From an uncultured Clostridium sp. (GTDB lineage: Bacteria > Bacillota > Clostridia > Ch29), in the NCBI GenBank assembly GCA_964529035.1, contig CAZGUG010000003.1:1-56307 (forward strand): a stretch of 56,307 bases of DNA, written 5' to 3'. A program made the position numbers and the translations under genes. Shown here in pieces: positions 9,667 to 19,520 of the stretch. Below the pieces are notes generated by a model. It had not been told where the DNA came from. It ran no database searches and saw nothing but the letters and a program-made list of their open reading frames with translations. Numbering within the stretch: the first letter of the stretch is position 1; each line of letters starts with the position of its first letter.

Positions 9667-9924
9667 TTATAGGTTCTTCAGGTATTCCTTGACTATTTCT
9701 TCAAGTATTTCGTCCCTTTCAACCTTGCCTATCAGGCTTCTGGCATTATTATGGCTGGTAATATATGTAGGGTCGCCGGAGATAATATACCCCACCATCT
9801 GGTTTATGGGATTATACCCCTTTTCTTTAAGAGCGTTGTATACCGTTGAAAGTACTTTTTTAACCCTTTCACGTTCTTCCTTTTCAACGCTGAACTTCAT
9901 GGTTTTATCCGTATCCTTAAACAT
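9667..9924 (-). CDS. ireB: IreB/ReoM-family regulatory phosphoprotein (UPF0297)
   Basis: [31 protein letters not shown] and ERDEILEE motifs; ATG 9924 has RBS AGGGGAG. Confidence 0.93.
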   Translation of the reverse strand: MFKDTDKTMKFSVEKEERERVKKVLSTVYNALKEKGYNPINQMVGYIISGDPTYITSHNNARSLIGKVERDEILEEIVKEYLKNL

Positions 9925-10036
9925 GCTCAACACTCCCCTTTTAATATTTATTACCATATATTATATATTAATATACATGCTGACCAAATACAAATAAATC
10001 TTAGGTAAATACCCGAAGGCACCCTTCCAAAAAATT

Positions 10037-10066
10037 AAAACGGCCGGTAAGGCAGCCGGCCGTTTT
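10037..10066 (-). terminator. Intrinsic terminator after alaS
   Basis: AAAACGGCCGG/CCGGCCGTTTT 11-bp inverted repeat. Confidence 0.8.
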
Positions 10067-10076
10067 AGGGGAGTGT

Positions 10077-12713
10077 TTATTTTAACTGTGATTGTAGGAT
10101 TTCATATGCCTTGTCAAGGGCTTCCGTTATTTTTTCCGGTTTTCTTGCACCGGCCTGGGCCATATCCGGTTTTCCCCCGCCACCACCGCCGGCAACCGCT
10201 GCAGCTTCTTTAATAATCCTGCCGGAATGGGCTCCGGCCGTAACGGCATCCTTGGAAGCCATAGCCACCATGTTTATTTTTTCACCATTTACCGAGGCAA
10301 GTACCACCACTCCGGATTCCAGTTTGTCCCTCAGGCTGTCGCCAAGGTTTCTCAGCCCGTTCATGTCAAGGTTATCCACGCGGGCTGCAACCAGTTTGAC
10401 GCCCTTAACATCCTTTGCACGGTTTAACAGCCTTTCGGTTTCTCCTGCCGCAAGCCTTTGTCTTAATGAATCCATTTCCCGATCCTTTGTTTTTAGCCCT
10501 TCCATAAGGCTAATTATCCTGCCTTTTAGGTTTTCCGGGGAGGATTTCAGTAAGAGAGCCGCTTCCTTCAAAATGTTTTCCCTGCCCTTCAAATATTCAA
10601 GCGCTTTTCTTCCGGTAAGGGCTTCTATACGCCTCACTCCGGCTGCTATACCGCTCTCTCCGGCAAGCACAAACACCCCGATGGACGAGGTTCTGTCAAC
10701 ATGCGTCCCCCCGCACAGCTCGATGCTGAAATCGCCAGCTTTAACCACCCGTACCAGTTTTCCGTACTTTTCGTCGAAAAGGGCGGTGGCCCCCATTTCC
10801 CTGGCACTTTCCAAATCGGTTTGCAGCGTTTCAACCGGCAGATCGTCAAGTATCCTTTGGTTTACAATGGTCTCCACCTGTTCCAATTGTTCTGCTGTCA
10901 CTGCCGAAGTGTGTGTAAAATCAAACCTCAACCGGTCCGGCTCCACAAGCGAACCTGCCTGCTCCACGTGATTTCCCAGCACTTTTTTCAACGTCCTGTG
11001 CAAAAGGTGCGTGGCGGTGTGGTTTCGTGCAATATCTGTCCTGCGACCATCATTGATAACGGCAGAAACCTTCATCCCGGGTTTTATTATACCTGTCTTT
11101 ACATAGCCTATATGCAGGAATTTTCCCTGCAGGGCTTTGCAGTCCTCCACTTCCATAACAAAGGCATTATTTTTTATTTCACCCGTATCTCCTACCTGGC
11201 CCCCGCTCTCCGCGTAGAAGGAAGTGGCATCCAATACCACTGCTATTCTGTCTCCCTCCACCGCCTGTTTCACAAGGGCATTATCCTTTAAAACTGCCGC
11301 AATTTCTGTTTCCAGGCTGTTTTTTTCATAGCCTTCAAATCGTGTGGCAGCTATTCCTTCCAACTGCGAAGACGCCTCGTCGCTCCATCCCACAGCCTGG
11401 GCTTCCGCCCTGGCAGCCCTTGCCCTTTCCCTTTGAGCCGCCATTTCAGCCTCAAACCCCTTTTCGTCCACCGTTATGCCCTCTTCTTCCAGTATATCCC
11501 GGGTCAAATCCAGCGGAAACCCGTAGGTATCATACAACTTGAAGGCCTTGTCACCCGGCAGGACATCGGTTCCCGCATCCTTTATTCCGCCTGCGTATTC
11601 CTGCAGGATGTTAAGCCCCTGGTCCAGCGTCTCCTGGAACCTTTCTTCCTCCAGCCTTATAACTCGCTGTATATAGTCCCTTTTTTCCTCCAGGACCGGG
11701 TAGGCCTTTCCGGATACCTCTATGACCCTTGTTGATACATCATACAAAAAGCTTTTATGAACTCCCAGCAGCTTTCCATGACGGGCGGCCCTCCGCAGGA
11801 GTCTTCTCAGCACATAGCCTCTGCCCTCGTTGGAAGGCAACACCCCGTCGCTAATCATATTCGCAACTCCTCTTATATGGTCTGTTATGACCCGTATCGA
11901 TACGTCGGCTTTCGGGTCCCGCCCGTACTTTTTACCGGTTATTTCTGCAATGTATTCAAGTATATGACGGATTGTGTCCACCTCAAACATGGTATCCACG
12001 CCCTGCATTATCGCCGCCATTCTCTCCAGTCCCATTCCGGTATCGATGTTGGGATTTTCCAGCCTGTGGTATACGCCCTCCGCATCCCTGTCAAACTGTG
12101 TGAACACCAGGTTCCAGAATTCCACATACCTGTCACAGTCACATCCCACTTTACAGTCTTCGCTACCGCAGCCGTATTCTTCTCCCCTGTCAAAGTAGAT
12201 TTCCGAACAGGGGCCGCAGGGCCCGAGGCCAATTTCCCAGAAGTTATCCCCCTTGCCCATTCTGACAATTCTGTCCGCCGGTATTCCTATCGATTTATGC
12301 CAGATTTCAAAGGCTTCATCGTCATCCTTGTATATGGTAATCCATAACCTGTCCTCCGGCAGCTTCAAATCTTCGGTAACAAACTCCCATGCCCATGCTA
12401 TGGCTTCGTTCTTAAAATAGTCTCCGAACGAGAAGTTACCCAGCATTTCAAAAAAAGTACCGTGCCTTGCCGTTTTCCCAACCCTTTCAATATCCGGTGT
12501 TCTGATACACTTCTGACACGTGGTTACCCTTTTGGCCGGCGGGGTCTTCGCCCCGGTGAAATACGGCTTTAAAGGAGCCATACCGCTGTTTATCAAAAGC
12601 AGGCTTTTATCATTTTGCGGAACAAGTGGAAAACTCGGCAGCCTCAGATGGTCTTTGCCCTCAAAAAACTTCAGATATCGTTCCCGGATTTCGTTCAAAC
12701 CCAATTGTTCCAT
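10077..12713 (-). CDS. alaS: Alanine--tRNA ligase
   Basis: [35 protein letters not shown] and ELCGGTHV motifs; 878 aa. Confidence 0.99.
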   Translation of the reverse strand: MEQLGLNEIRERYLKFFEGKDHLRLPSFPLVPQNDKSLLLINSGMAPLKPYFTGAKTPPAKRVTTCQKCIRTPDIERVGKTARHGTFFEMLGNFSFGDYFKNEAIAWAWEFVTEDLKLPEDRLWITIYKDDDEAFEIWHKSIGIPADRIVRMGKGDNFWEIGLGPCGPCSEIYFDRGEEYGCGSEDCKVGCDCDRYVEFWNLVFTQFDRDAEGVYHRLENPNIDTGMGLERMAAIMQGVDTMFEVDTIRHILEYIAEITGKKYGRDPKADVSIRVITDHIRGVANMISDGVLPSNEGRGYVLRRLLRRAARHGKLLGVHKSFLYDVSTRVIEVSGKAYPVLEEKRDYIQRVIRLEEERFQETLDQGLNILQEYAGGIKDAGTDVLPGDKAFKLYDTYGFPLDLTRDILEEEGITVDEKGFEAEMAAQRERARAARAEAQAVGWSDEASSQLEGIAATRFEGYEKNSLETEIAAVLKDNALVKQAVEGDRIAVVLDATSFYAESGGQVGDTGEIKNNAFVMEVEDCKALQGKFLHIGYVKTGIIKPGMKVSAVINDGRRTDIARNHTATHLLHRTLKKVLGNHVEQAGSLVEPDRLRFDFTHTSAVTAEQLEQVETIVNQRILDDLPVETLQTDLESAREMGATALFDEKYGKLVRVVKAGDFSIELCGGTHVDRTSSIGVFVLAGESGIAAGVRRIEALTGRKALEYLKGRENILKEAALLLKSSPENLKGRIISLMEGLKTKDREMDSLRQRLAAGETERLLNRAKDVKGVKLVAARVDNLDMNGLRNLGDSLRDKLESGVVVLASVNGEKINMVAMASKDAVTAGAHSGRIIKEAAAVAGGGGGGKPDMAQAGARKPEKITEALDKAYEILQSQLK

Positions 12714-12821
12714 TTACACAACCTCCTCTTAGTGGAATGGGGACACACCTTTACAACGGGTATTCCTTCTTGCGGAATGTCCCCGATTGATAGTCTTTCG
12801 GGTCAGGGGACACACCGCAAT

Positions 12822-13056
12822 ACAAAAACCCCCGTCTCTGACCGGTGTCAGGGACGGGGGTTAACCCGCGGTACCACCCTAATTGCCTAATTTGGCCTCT
12901 TAAACCTGTAACGGATATATCCGGCAGTATCTACTGTAGGTTTCGATACTGCAACTCCGGGACTGCTTCACCCGCCCAGTTCCGAAAGCATTTCAGCCGT
13001 GTGCTTTCTTTCTGTGGAAACGGAATCGGGTTACTCCTTCCCTTCACTGTTTTTCC
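12822..13056 (-). promoter_or_regulatory. T-box riboswitch with Ala specifier, upstream of alaS
   Basis: AGAAA/GCTGAAA stem I motifs, GAA-GCA specifier (GCA = Ala at 12964-12966), GGTGGTACCGCG T-box at 12867-12878, then terminator AACCCCCGTC...GACGGGGGTT with a T run. Boundaries approximate. Confidence 0.93.
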
Positions 13057-13077
13057 TATGTTTTAATTTTAAATAGA

Positions 13078-13106
13078 ATTATATATAAACTGCCCCTTGT
13101 TGTCAA
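13078..13106 (-). promoter_or_regulatory. sigmaA promoter for the alaS leader
   Basis: Perfect TTGACA-17 nt-TATAAT. Confidence 0.88.
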
Positions 13107-14149
13107 ATAATATTTACAATCCTGTTAAATACATATACGGCAAGAATCTTTAATATGGCAGCAACAGGAACTGCAAAAAATAATCCGATAAGCCCGAAGG
13201 ACTGTCCCGCAATCAGCAGCGACATAATTATGAATACCGGGTGTATGCCTACGCTGTCACCTATGATTTTTGGCGTAATTATTCCGCTTTCCAGCTGCTG
13301 TACAATAATTACCACAACCACCGCCCACAGCGCTTTTGCAGGGCTCTCCATAAAGCCTATAATCGCCACCGGTATACCGCCGAAAATCGGCCCGAAGTAG
13401 GGTATGATATTGCCCAGGCCTGTAATTATACCCATAAGCACGGCAAAATTTAAATCAATAAGCAAAAAACCTATCGCCGCCGATATCCCTACAATTAACG
13501 AGACCAGCAGCTGTCCGCGGATAAACCTGGTAAGCACGGTGTTTATTTCGCCGGTTATCTTAGCAGCATCCTGTCTCATGCTCACAGGTACAATGTATTC
13601 AATAAGCTTTACGAAATATTTCTTGTCCTTCAACAGGTAAAAGGAGATTACCAGTGCAATTATCCAGTTAATTAGTCCTCCGAAAAAAGCCAGGCATTTT
13701 TCGGACAGATTTTTAATCTGGCTTATTACCAGTTCCTGAACAAAATCTATATTGTCCCTGATTACTTCCCTTAGCTCGGGGGTTAAAGTCCTGCTGAACC
13801 GGATATAAATATTGTCAAGAAAACTTTTTGATTTAAACGCGTAGTCCGGCAGTACATCCATAAGTTTTACCGTTTCCTTGTACACAGAAGGCAGAAGGTA
13901 ATATGAAATCCCCGCAAGAACGCCAAAAACAACTGAATATACAAAGACTACGGCTGTTATTCTGTTGCTTCCCTTAATTATCACTGCTTCCACCAGCGGG
14001 TTGAATACATAGGCAATAATAATGCCTATAACAAAGGGTTTCAGTACCAGCCATATAAGGCTTCTGTTCCTTACAATAAATACTGCCAGCAGTAATACAA
14101 GAAGGGATGCCGCGGCTGAAAGAACAATTTTTTTTGTTTTGACCGTCAA
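13103..14149 (-). CDS. AI-2E family transporter (YhhT/PerM-like)
   Basis: 348 aa multi-TM protein with FIRGQL, IPYFGP, QQLESGIITPKIIG and GIHP motifs. Confidence 0.9.
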   Translation of the reverse strand: MTVKTKKIVLSAAASLLVLLLAVFIVRNRSLIWLVLKPFVIGIIIAYVFNPLVEAVIIKGSNRITAVVFVYSVVFGVLAGISYYLLPSVYKETVKLMDVLPDYAFKSKSFLDNIYIRFSRTLTPELREVIRDNIDFVQELVISQIKNLSEKCLAFFGGLINWIIALVISFYLLKDKKYFVKLIEYIVPVSMRQDAAKITGEINTVLTRFIRGQLLVSLIVGISAAIGFLLIDLNFAVLMGIITGLGNIIPYFGPIFGGIPVAIIGFMESPAKALWAVVVVIIVQQLESGIITPKIIGDSVGIHPVFIIMSLLIAGQSFGLIGLFFAVPVAAILKILAVYVFNRIVNII

Positions 14150-14169
14150 CTCCTGTCCTCCCTATACAG

Positions 14170-14194
14170 CAGAAAGCGACTAGGTCGCTTTCTG
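14170..14194. other. Perfect 11-bp hairpin without a U tract
   Basis: CAGAAAGCGAC-TAG-GTCGCTTTCTG between the ytxH-like stop and the AI-2E start. Confidence 0.6.
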
Positions 14195-14199
14195 TAAAT

Positions 14200-14373
14200 C
14201 TACCTTACCATGTCCTTGGCATCCTGCATCAGATTAACGGCCCTGCCGGCTATGCGCCTGCCCGTCCTCTGCATTCGTCTCCTGGTTCTGGGTGCCGACT
14301 GCGGCATCATCATCGAAAACGCAGCCCCAATCATGCCGCCCATAATAAGTCCGCGGATAAACTTGTTGTCCAT
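14200..14373 (-). CDS. YtxH-like small protein (57 aa), not in the ORF track
   Basis: Hand translation MDNKFIRGLIMGGMIGAAFSMMMPQSAPRTRRRMQRTGRRIAGRAVNLMQDAKDMVR*; RBS AAAGGGAG; conserved position after the PRC gene. Confidence 0.8.
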   Translation of the reverse strand: MDNKFIRGLIMGGMIGAAFSMMMPQSAPRTRRRMQRTGRRIAGRAVNLMQDAKDMVR

Positions 14374-14390
14374 ATCTACACTCCCTTTGC

Positions 14391-14930
14391 TTAGTTTTTT
14401 TCATTCAGCTTGAATATATTTTTGAGTCCGCCTGTTTCATGGACACTGCGGCCGGTACTACTTGCATCAAGGGTTATATGCCCGTTCCCTACCATCGCCG
14501 TTCTTTCCAGCCTGAGCATCTTCCTTCCCTTCACAAGGTCATCAAAAAGGTCTCCGGCAACCAGGTACCCTTCTATACCGCCGTTCGCCTCGCTTATCAT
14601 TACATCACTTATTGTGCCCAGTTCCTTTCCCTCGGCGGTAAGTACCGTATAACCGGTAACGTCCTCTTCTTCCAGTACCCTGGCTATTTCCGGAGGAATA
14701 TCCGCACTGTCTGTAATTAGCCTGTCGTTAATAATAAGCAGGTCGTCCCCAAAGCTTAGTATATCCTTGTAATGTACAATCGCCTGTCCCCTGGCCGGTT
14801 TCTTTCTTCTAATTTTAATGCCCATTATCCTTCCCCTGGCCCTCGAGCACAGCACCCCTTCCACTTCGCCTATTGCACCGCCCTTTGAATCCACCACTTC
14901 CATTCCCACTATATCCGAAACTTTTTTCAA
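14391..14930 (-). CDS. PRC-barrel domain protein (two PRC repeats)
   Basis: KKVSDIVGMEVVDSKG and GYTVLTAEGKELGTISDV repeats. Confidence 0.85.
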   Translation of the reverse strand: MKKVSDIVGMEVVDSKGGAIGEVEGVLCSRARGRIMGIKIRRKKPARGQAIVHYKDILSFGDDLLIINDRLITDSADIPPEIARVLEEEDVTGYTVLTAEGKELGTISDVMISEANGGIEGYLVAGDLFDDLVKGRKMLRLERTAMVGNGHITLDASSTGRSVHETGGLKNIFKLNEKN

Positions 14931-14982
14931 AAAATCTCTCTCCCAAGGATTGCTGCTTTCTATATAGTTTTAGATATTAACT

Positions 14983-15017
14983 AACAAAAATGCACTGTAA
15001 ATAAGTGCATTTTTGTT
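14983..15017 (-). terminator. Intrinsic terminator after mnmA
   Basis: AACAAAAATGCACT/AGTGCATTTTTGTT 14-bp inverted repeat. Confidence 0.8.
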
Positions 15018-15019
15018 AA

Positions 15020-16105
15020 TTAATGTATCAATTTTTTTATTGTTCCGCCGCCCACCACCAGGTCGTCTCTGTAAAAAACCGCCGACTGGCCCGGTGTTAT
15101 TGCCCTTTGGGGCGTTTTCAACCTTACCTCCAGGGTACTTTTCTCCAGCGGAATTATCTCGGCATCCGCCGGCTTTGCCGAGTACCTAATTTTAACCTTA
15201 ACCATCAACGGATTATCAAGCCTTTCAAAGGGAATATAATTCACGTCCTCGACAATAAACGCTTCTCCCAGTAATTCTGTCTCGTCGCCCACAACAACAA
15301 CATTGTTTTCAGCATCAATATCAACCACATACACCGGCCTGCCCAAGGCAAGGCCAAGCCCTTTCCTCTGACCGATTGTATAGTGTATTACACCCCTGTG
15401 CCTGCCCAATACATTTCCTTTTGTATCGACAAAACTGCCCCCGTGTATTTCCCGTGAAACCCAATTGGTTATGAAGCTGCCGTAATCGTTATCGTCGACA
15501 AAGCATATTTCCTGGCTGTCGGGCTTGTCCGCAACCGAAAGCCCCAGGTCTTTCGCAATTTTCCTGGTCTCGTCCTTTGTATATTCTCCCAGGGGCATAA
15601 GCGTATGCTCAAGCTGGTACTGGGTCATATTGTACAGCGCATAGGTCTGGTCCTTTTCCCGGGTCCTGGATTTTTTCAGCACAAACCTGTTCAACTTGTT
15701 GTCGTACCGTATTCTTGCGTAATGTCCCGTGGCTATATACTTTGCACCAAGGCTGTGGGCTCTCCTCATTAGTTCTTCGAATTTGACATAACGGTTGCAG
15801 GCTATGCATGGGTTGGGGGTTTTGCCTTCCAGGTATTCCTTCACGAAATAATCAATGACCTTTTCCTGGAAATAGTCCTTGAAATTCATCACATAATAGG
15901 GTATCCCGAGCATTGACGCCACCCTTCTTGCATCCTCCACCGCGGATAGGGAACAGCATCCACCCTCCCTTTGGGCTCCTCCCGCATCCGGCCACAACTG
16001 CATGGTTACCCCTATTACGCTGTAACCCTTCTTAAGCAAAAGAGCAGCAGCCACTGAACTGTCAACACCGCCGCTCATTGCCATTACTACCTTTTCAGCA
16101 TTCAT
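15020..16105 (-). CDS. mnmA: tRNA 2-thiouridine(34) synthase
   Basis: AMSGGVDSS, TPNPCIACN, ATGHYA, DSQEICF and HYTIGQRKGL motifs. Confidence 0.98.
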   Translation of the reverse strand: MNAEKVVMAMSGGVDSSVAAALLLKKGYSVIGVTMQLWPDAGGAQREGGCCSLSAVEDARRVASMLGIPYYVMNFKDYFQEKVIDYFVKEYLEGKTPNPCIACNRYVKFEELMRRAHSLGAKYIATGHYARIRYDNKLNRFVLKKSRTREKDQTYALYNMTQYQLEHTLMPLGEYTKDETRKIAKDLGLSVADKPDSQEICFVDDNDYGSFITNWVSREIHGGSFVDTKGNVLGRHRGVIHYTIGQRKGLGLALGRPVYVVDIDAENNVVVVGDETELLGEAFIVEDVNYIPFERLDNPLMVKVKIRYSAKPADAEIIPLEKSTLEVRLKTPQRAITPGQSAVFYRDDLVVGGGTIKKLIH

Positions 16106-16109
16106 ATCC

Positions 16110-16493
16110 TCACCCGCGGTTTTTTACTTTTTGTTTCTGTCTGTAATCCTCTACAGCCTTCCTTATGGCGTCCTCGGCCAGCACCGAACAGTGTATTTTT
16201 GGTGCAGGAAGGCCTCCCAGTTTTTCCACCACATCTTTGTTGGTAAGCTTTAGTGCTTCTTCCACGGTTTTTCCCTTAACCATCTCTGTCATTATACTGC
16301 TTGATGCTATGGCAGAGGCACAGCCAAAGGTCTTGAACCTGATATCCTTTATTATATTATCCTCAATTTTCAGATAAATTCTCATTATGTCGCCGCACTG
16401 GGGACTGCCGACTTCACCAATACCGTCGGCGTCTTCTATTTCTCCTACATTTCTCGGGTTTGTAAAATGTTCCATTACCGTTTCGTTATACAT
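16110..16493 (-). CDS. nifU: Fe-S cluster scaffold NifU/IscU
   Basis: MYNETVMEHFTNPRNVG, CGDIM, FGCASAIASSS and KIHCS motifs; start at ATG 16493. Confidence 0.95.
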   Translation of the reverse strand: MYNETVMEHFTNPRNVGEIEDADGIGEVGSPQCGDIMRIYLKIEDNIIKDIRFKTFGCASAIASSSIMTEMVKGKTVEEALKLTNKDVVEKLGGLPAPKIHCSVLAEDAIRKAVEDYRQKQKVKNRG

Positions 16494-17673
16494 GTACCTT
16501 TCCCCCTTCACACTGCTTAAATAATGGCGACAGCTTCCTTAATCTTTCCACTATCGGCGGCAGCTGTTCCAAAATATAATCTATGTCTTCCCCGGTGTTT
16601 ATATCACCAAGGCTTATCCTGAGCGATCCGTGGGCCGTTTCATGGCAGAGGCCGGTGGCCAGCAGCACATGGGAAGGGTCCAGGGAACCTGAAGTACAGG
16701 CAGAGCCGCTAGAAGCTGCTATACCCACCATGTCAAGGCTTAAAAGAAGCGCTTCTCCCTCAATGAAGTCGAAGGAAAAGTTAATATTGTTTGGAAGTCT
16801 CTGCGTTGGGTGACCGTTAAGCCTGACATGTTCAATTCTTTCCCTGATTCCGTCAATAAGCCTATCCCTTAACAAGGTCATTTTCCGTACGTGTCCTTCA
16901 AGGTTATCCGAAGCGAGCTGGGCCGCTCTGCCCAGGCCGACCACCGATGCAATATTTTCGGTACCCGATCTTTTTTTTCGTTCCTGGGCTCCTCCGTGTA
17001 CTAGGTTGTCAATCTTAACTCCCTTTTTTATATACAGTGCTCCCACACCCTTGGGGCCCCTGATTTTGTGTGCCGATATCGAAAGAAGGTCAATATTCAG
17101 CCTTTCAACATCTATTGCTATATTGCCCATGGCCTGCACCGCATCTGTGTGAAAGTATATCCCTTTTCCCTTTGCAATTTTCCCTATTTCCTCGACCGGC
17201 TGTATTGTGCCAATTTCATTATTGGCGAACATTATTGATATAAGTATTGTACTATCTTTTATTGCCTTCTTCAGGTCTTCGGGATTAACCATGCCGTATT
17301 CATCCACATCCAGGTAGGTAACGTCAAACCCGTATCTTTCCAGGTATTTACAGGCATGAAGTACGGCGTGGTGTTCGACTTTGCTGGTTATTATATGATT
17401 GCCCCTGTCTCTGTTGGCATAAGCTGTCCCCTTCAGGGCCCAGTTGTCCGCTTCGGTACCGCTGCCTGTAAAATAAATCTCGCCGCTTCCGGCTCCAAGG
17501 CTTTTGGCTACCCGGTCCCTGGCCCTGTCCATGGCCTGCTTTCCTTCCCTGCCAAAGGAATGGATGCTGGACGGATTGCCAAACCTTTCGGTGAAATATG
17601 GTAGCATTTCCTCAAGCACCTGTGGGTGCATAGGAGTAGTGGCGGAATTATCAACATAGACTCTTTTTGTCAC
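16486..17673 (-). CDS. nifS: Cysteine desulfurase NifS/IscS
   Basis: YVDNSATT, GNPSSIH, SAHKIRGPKG (PLP Lys) and SSGSACTSGS (catalytic Cys) motifs. Confidence 0.97.
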   Translation of the reverse strand: MTKRVYVDNSATTPMHPQVLEEMLPYFTERFGNPSSIHSFGREGKQAMDRARDRVAKSLGAGSGEIYFTGSGTEADNWALKGTAYANRDRGNHIITSKVEHHAVLHACKYLERYGFDVTYLDVDEYGMVNPEDLKKAIKDSTILISIMFANNEIGTIQPVEEIGKIAKGKGIYFHTDAVQAMGNIAIDVERLNIDLLSISAHKIRGPKGVGALYIKKGVKIDNLVHGGAQERKKRSGTENIASVVGLGRAAQLASDNLEGHVRKMTLLRDRLIDGIRERIEHVRLNGHPTQRLPNNINFSFDFIEGEALLLSLDMVGIAASSGSACTSGSLDPSHVLLATGLCHETAHGSLRISLGDINTGEDIDYILEQLPPIVERLRKLSPLFKQCEGGKVHV

Positions 17674-18127
17674 AGTAAATGTCCCCCTCTTCTTTTGAAT
17701 AATCCTTTTCCATCCTCTTATAATCCTCGATCATATCCTGTAAACTGACCGAGTTGATTACATTGTTTATACTATCCCTTATCTTTTCCCATAAAACCCT
17801 GGTAACGCAGTAATCCGCCTTTATACACTCCTTGTCCTGGTCGTCCAGCACGCATTCTGCCGGAGCCATGGGCCCCTCAAGGGACCTTATTATATCTCCA
17901 ACGCTGATCTGGGAAGGCCGGCGGGACAGCATATATCCCCCCTGTGCTCCCCTGACGCTGTTCACCAGTCCGTCCTTTCTCAAAACTGCTATCAACTGCT
18001 CCAGGTAGGGATCGGATATGTTCTGCCTTTCGGCTATGCTTTTTAGCGGTATCGGCCCTTCTCCATAATGAAGGGCAAGGTCAAAGGCAGCCCTTACTCC
18101 ATATCTACCCTTGGTCGACAGTATCAA
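17651..18127 (-). CDS. Rrf2-family regulator (IscR/CymR-like, 3 Cys)
   Basis: LSTKGRYG, YLEQL and SVRGAQGGY motifs; ECVL...EC...YC Fe-S ligand pattern; TTG 18127 follows RBS GAGGAGG. Confidence 0.92.
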   Translation of the reverse strand: MILSTKGRYGVRAAFDLALHYGEGPIPLKSIAERQNISDPYLEQLIAVLRKDGLVNSVRGAQGGYMLSRRPSQISVGDIIRSLEGPMAPAECVLDDQDKECIKADYCVTRVLWEKIRDSINNVINSVSLQDMIEDYKRMEKDYSKEEGDIYCDKKSLC

Positions 18128-18142
18128 AACACGCACCTCCTC

Positions 18143-18167
18143 AATCCCGACCTTTTCAGTAGGGATT
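18143..18167. promoter_or_regulatory. Candidate Rrf2 operator palindrome
   Basis: AATCCCGAC-N7-GTAGGGATT (8 of 9 positions dyad) between promoter and RBS of the Rrf2-nifS-nifU-mnmA operon. Confidence 0.65.
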
Positions 18168-18176
18168 ACTAAAGAT

Positions 18177-18205
18177 ACAATAGCACAGAGAATATTTGTT
18201 GTCAA
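18177..18205 (-). promoter_or_regulatory. sigmaA promoter for the Rrf2 operon
   Basis: TTGACA-17 nt-TATTGT with TGn extended -10. Confidence 0.75.
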
Positions 18206-18271
18206 TACATCTAAGTTTATTTTCTACTGTTTCACTCGGGTTTATTCGGCGGCAGGGGCTGCCCTTCACGT

Positions 18272-19333
18272 TTAAATCCCCTTTATTATGCTGTCCTGTC
18301 CAATCCACATGTTTATATTTTTCCGGTCTCTTTTCGTATTTATTACGCTTCCCCTACCTATAATGCTCATACAGATATCGGCAGGCACCCCTTCTATTAT
18401 GCAGTCTTCCATTACTATGCTGCTTCTGATATTGACTTCCTCTAGCCTGCTGCCGTCCCCTATCGAAGTATAGGGGCCAATATGGGATTTTTTCACCACA
18501 ACGTTTCTGCCTATTATTGAATAGTTGTCTACGACAGAATCCTCTATTACCGAGTTTTCCCCAATTACTACCCTGTCTGCGATTTTGCTCCCGTAAACCC
18601 TTTGTCCCTGGAGGTTTTTCTGTATACTGCCCAGCATTCTTTTATTGGCCCTGAGCAGGTCCTCCGGACTTCCCACGTCAATCCACCATTTTTTAGTCAG
18701 TTTGCAGCCCACTTTGTCCCCTCTTTTTATCATTTCCATTATTCCATCGGTAAGCTCAAGCTCTCCCCTTTCAGAGGGTTTGATTCGTTCTATGGCATGG
18801 AAGATTTTGCTGTTAAATACGTACATTCCAACCACCGCATAGCTGCTTTCGGGGTTTTTGGGTTTTTCAACCAGCCTTATAATTTTCCCGTCAATTAATG
18901 TAGCAATTCCATATCTTTCGGGGTTTTCTACCCTGGAAAGAAGTACTGTACTGTCTGCTCCGGTATCGTAATGATATTTTACAATATCCCCAATGGAATG
19001 ATTGATAATATTGTCTCCGAGCACCGTTACAAAGGGCCCGTTCTTCAGGTAATCTTCGCATATTTTAACGCCGTGGGCCAGCCCCAAAGGCCGGCCCTGT
19101 ACTATATATTTTATTGAGACTCCCCACTGGCTGCCATCCCCCAGTTTGTCGGTAAATCCATCCTCTGATGCTCCAACCACAATGTATATATCCTCTATTC
19201 CGGCCTCCCTCATGGATTCTATAATATAGTGTATAACCGGTTTGTTGGCCACCGGCAGCAAGTGTTTGGCCACAGAATAAGCAAAGGGCCTCATCCGTGT
19301 CCCCTTTCCACCGCAAAGTATTAGTCCCTTCAT
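18272..19333 (-). CDS. Glucose-1-phosphate thymidylyltransferase, long form (nucleotidyltransferase plus left-handed beta-helix)
   Basis: GLILCGGKGTRMRP, AKHLLPVANKP, PLGLAHG, LGDN, SERGELELTD and WIDVG motifs; hexapeptide-like C-terminus. Confidence 0.88.
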   Translation of the reverse strand: MKGLILCGGKGTRMRPFAYSVAKHLLPVANKPVIHYIIESMREAGIEDIYIVVGASEDGFTDKLGDGSQWGVSIKYIVQGRPLGLAHGVKICEDYLKNGPFVTVLGDNIINHSIGDIVKYHYDTGADSTVLLSRVENPERYGIATLIDGKIIRLVEKPKNPESSYAVVGMYVFNSKIFHAIERIKPSERGELELTDGIMEMIKRGDKVGCKLTKKWWIDVGSPEDLLRANKRMLGSIQKNLQGQRVYGSKIADRVVIGENSVIEDSVVDNYSIIGRNVVVKKSHIGPYTSIGDGSRLEEVNIRSSIVMEDCIIEGVPADICMSIIGRGSVINTKRDRKNINMWIGQDSIIKGI

Positions 19334-19381
19334 ATCTCTACCTCCGGATATCTTTTACCCCTGTGTATCGGATTTTCAGTA

Positions 19382-19411
19382 TAATTTATGTGCGCCTGAA
19401 ATTTTATGTTA
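19382..19411 (-). promoter_or_regulatory. Candidate sigmaK/sigmaE-type promoter for the thymidylyltransferase gene
   Basis: AC-17 nt-CATAAATTA matches the AC-N16/17-CATANNNTA consensus; the motif is short, so a chance match is possible. Confidence 0.4.
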
Positions 19412-19491
19412 CCCATATTCCCAATGCTTTCCGGTTATCTTCATGGCTGTATTCATGGAACAAACTACCTTTGCAGCATTTGGTATATCGT

Positions 19492-19520
19492 TTGCATTAT
19501 GTTAACTTATGGAGTATTAT
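19492..19520 (+). promoter_or_regulatory. sigmaA-type promoter for the CAP-domain gene
   Basis: TTGCAT-17 nt-TATTAT. Confidence 0.5.

Noticed and set aside
12822-12866. AACCCCCGTCCCTGA shared by both T-box leaders as a novel repeat
   Set aside because: Explained by the conserved antiterminator/terminator sequence of T-box elements.
14945-15000. sigmaG-like GCATT-17-AAAACTA before the PRC gene and sigmaE-like motifs before TIGR04086 (about 51610-51660)
   Set aside because: Matches are too degenerate in AT-rich DNA, and the first overlaps a terminator arm; not enough to call.
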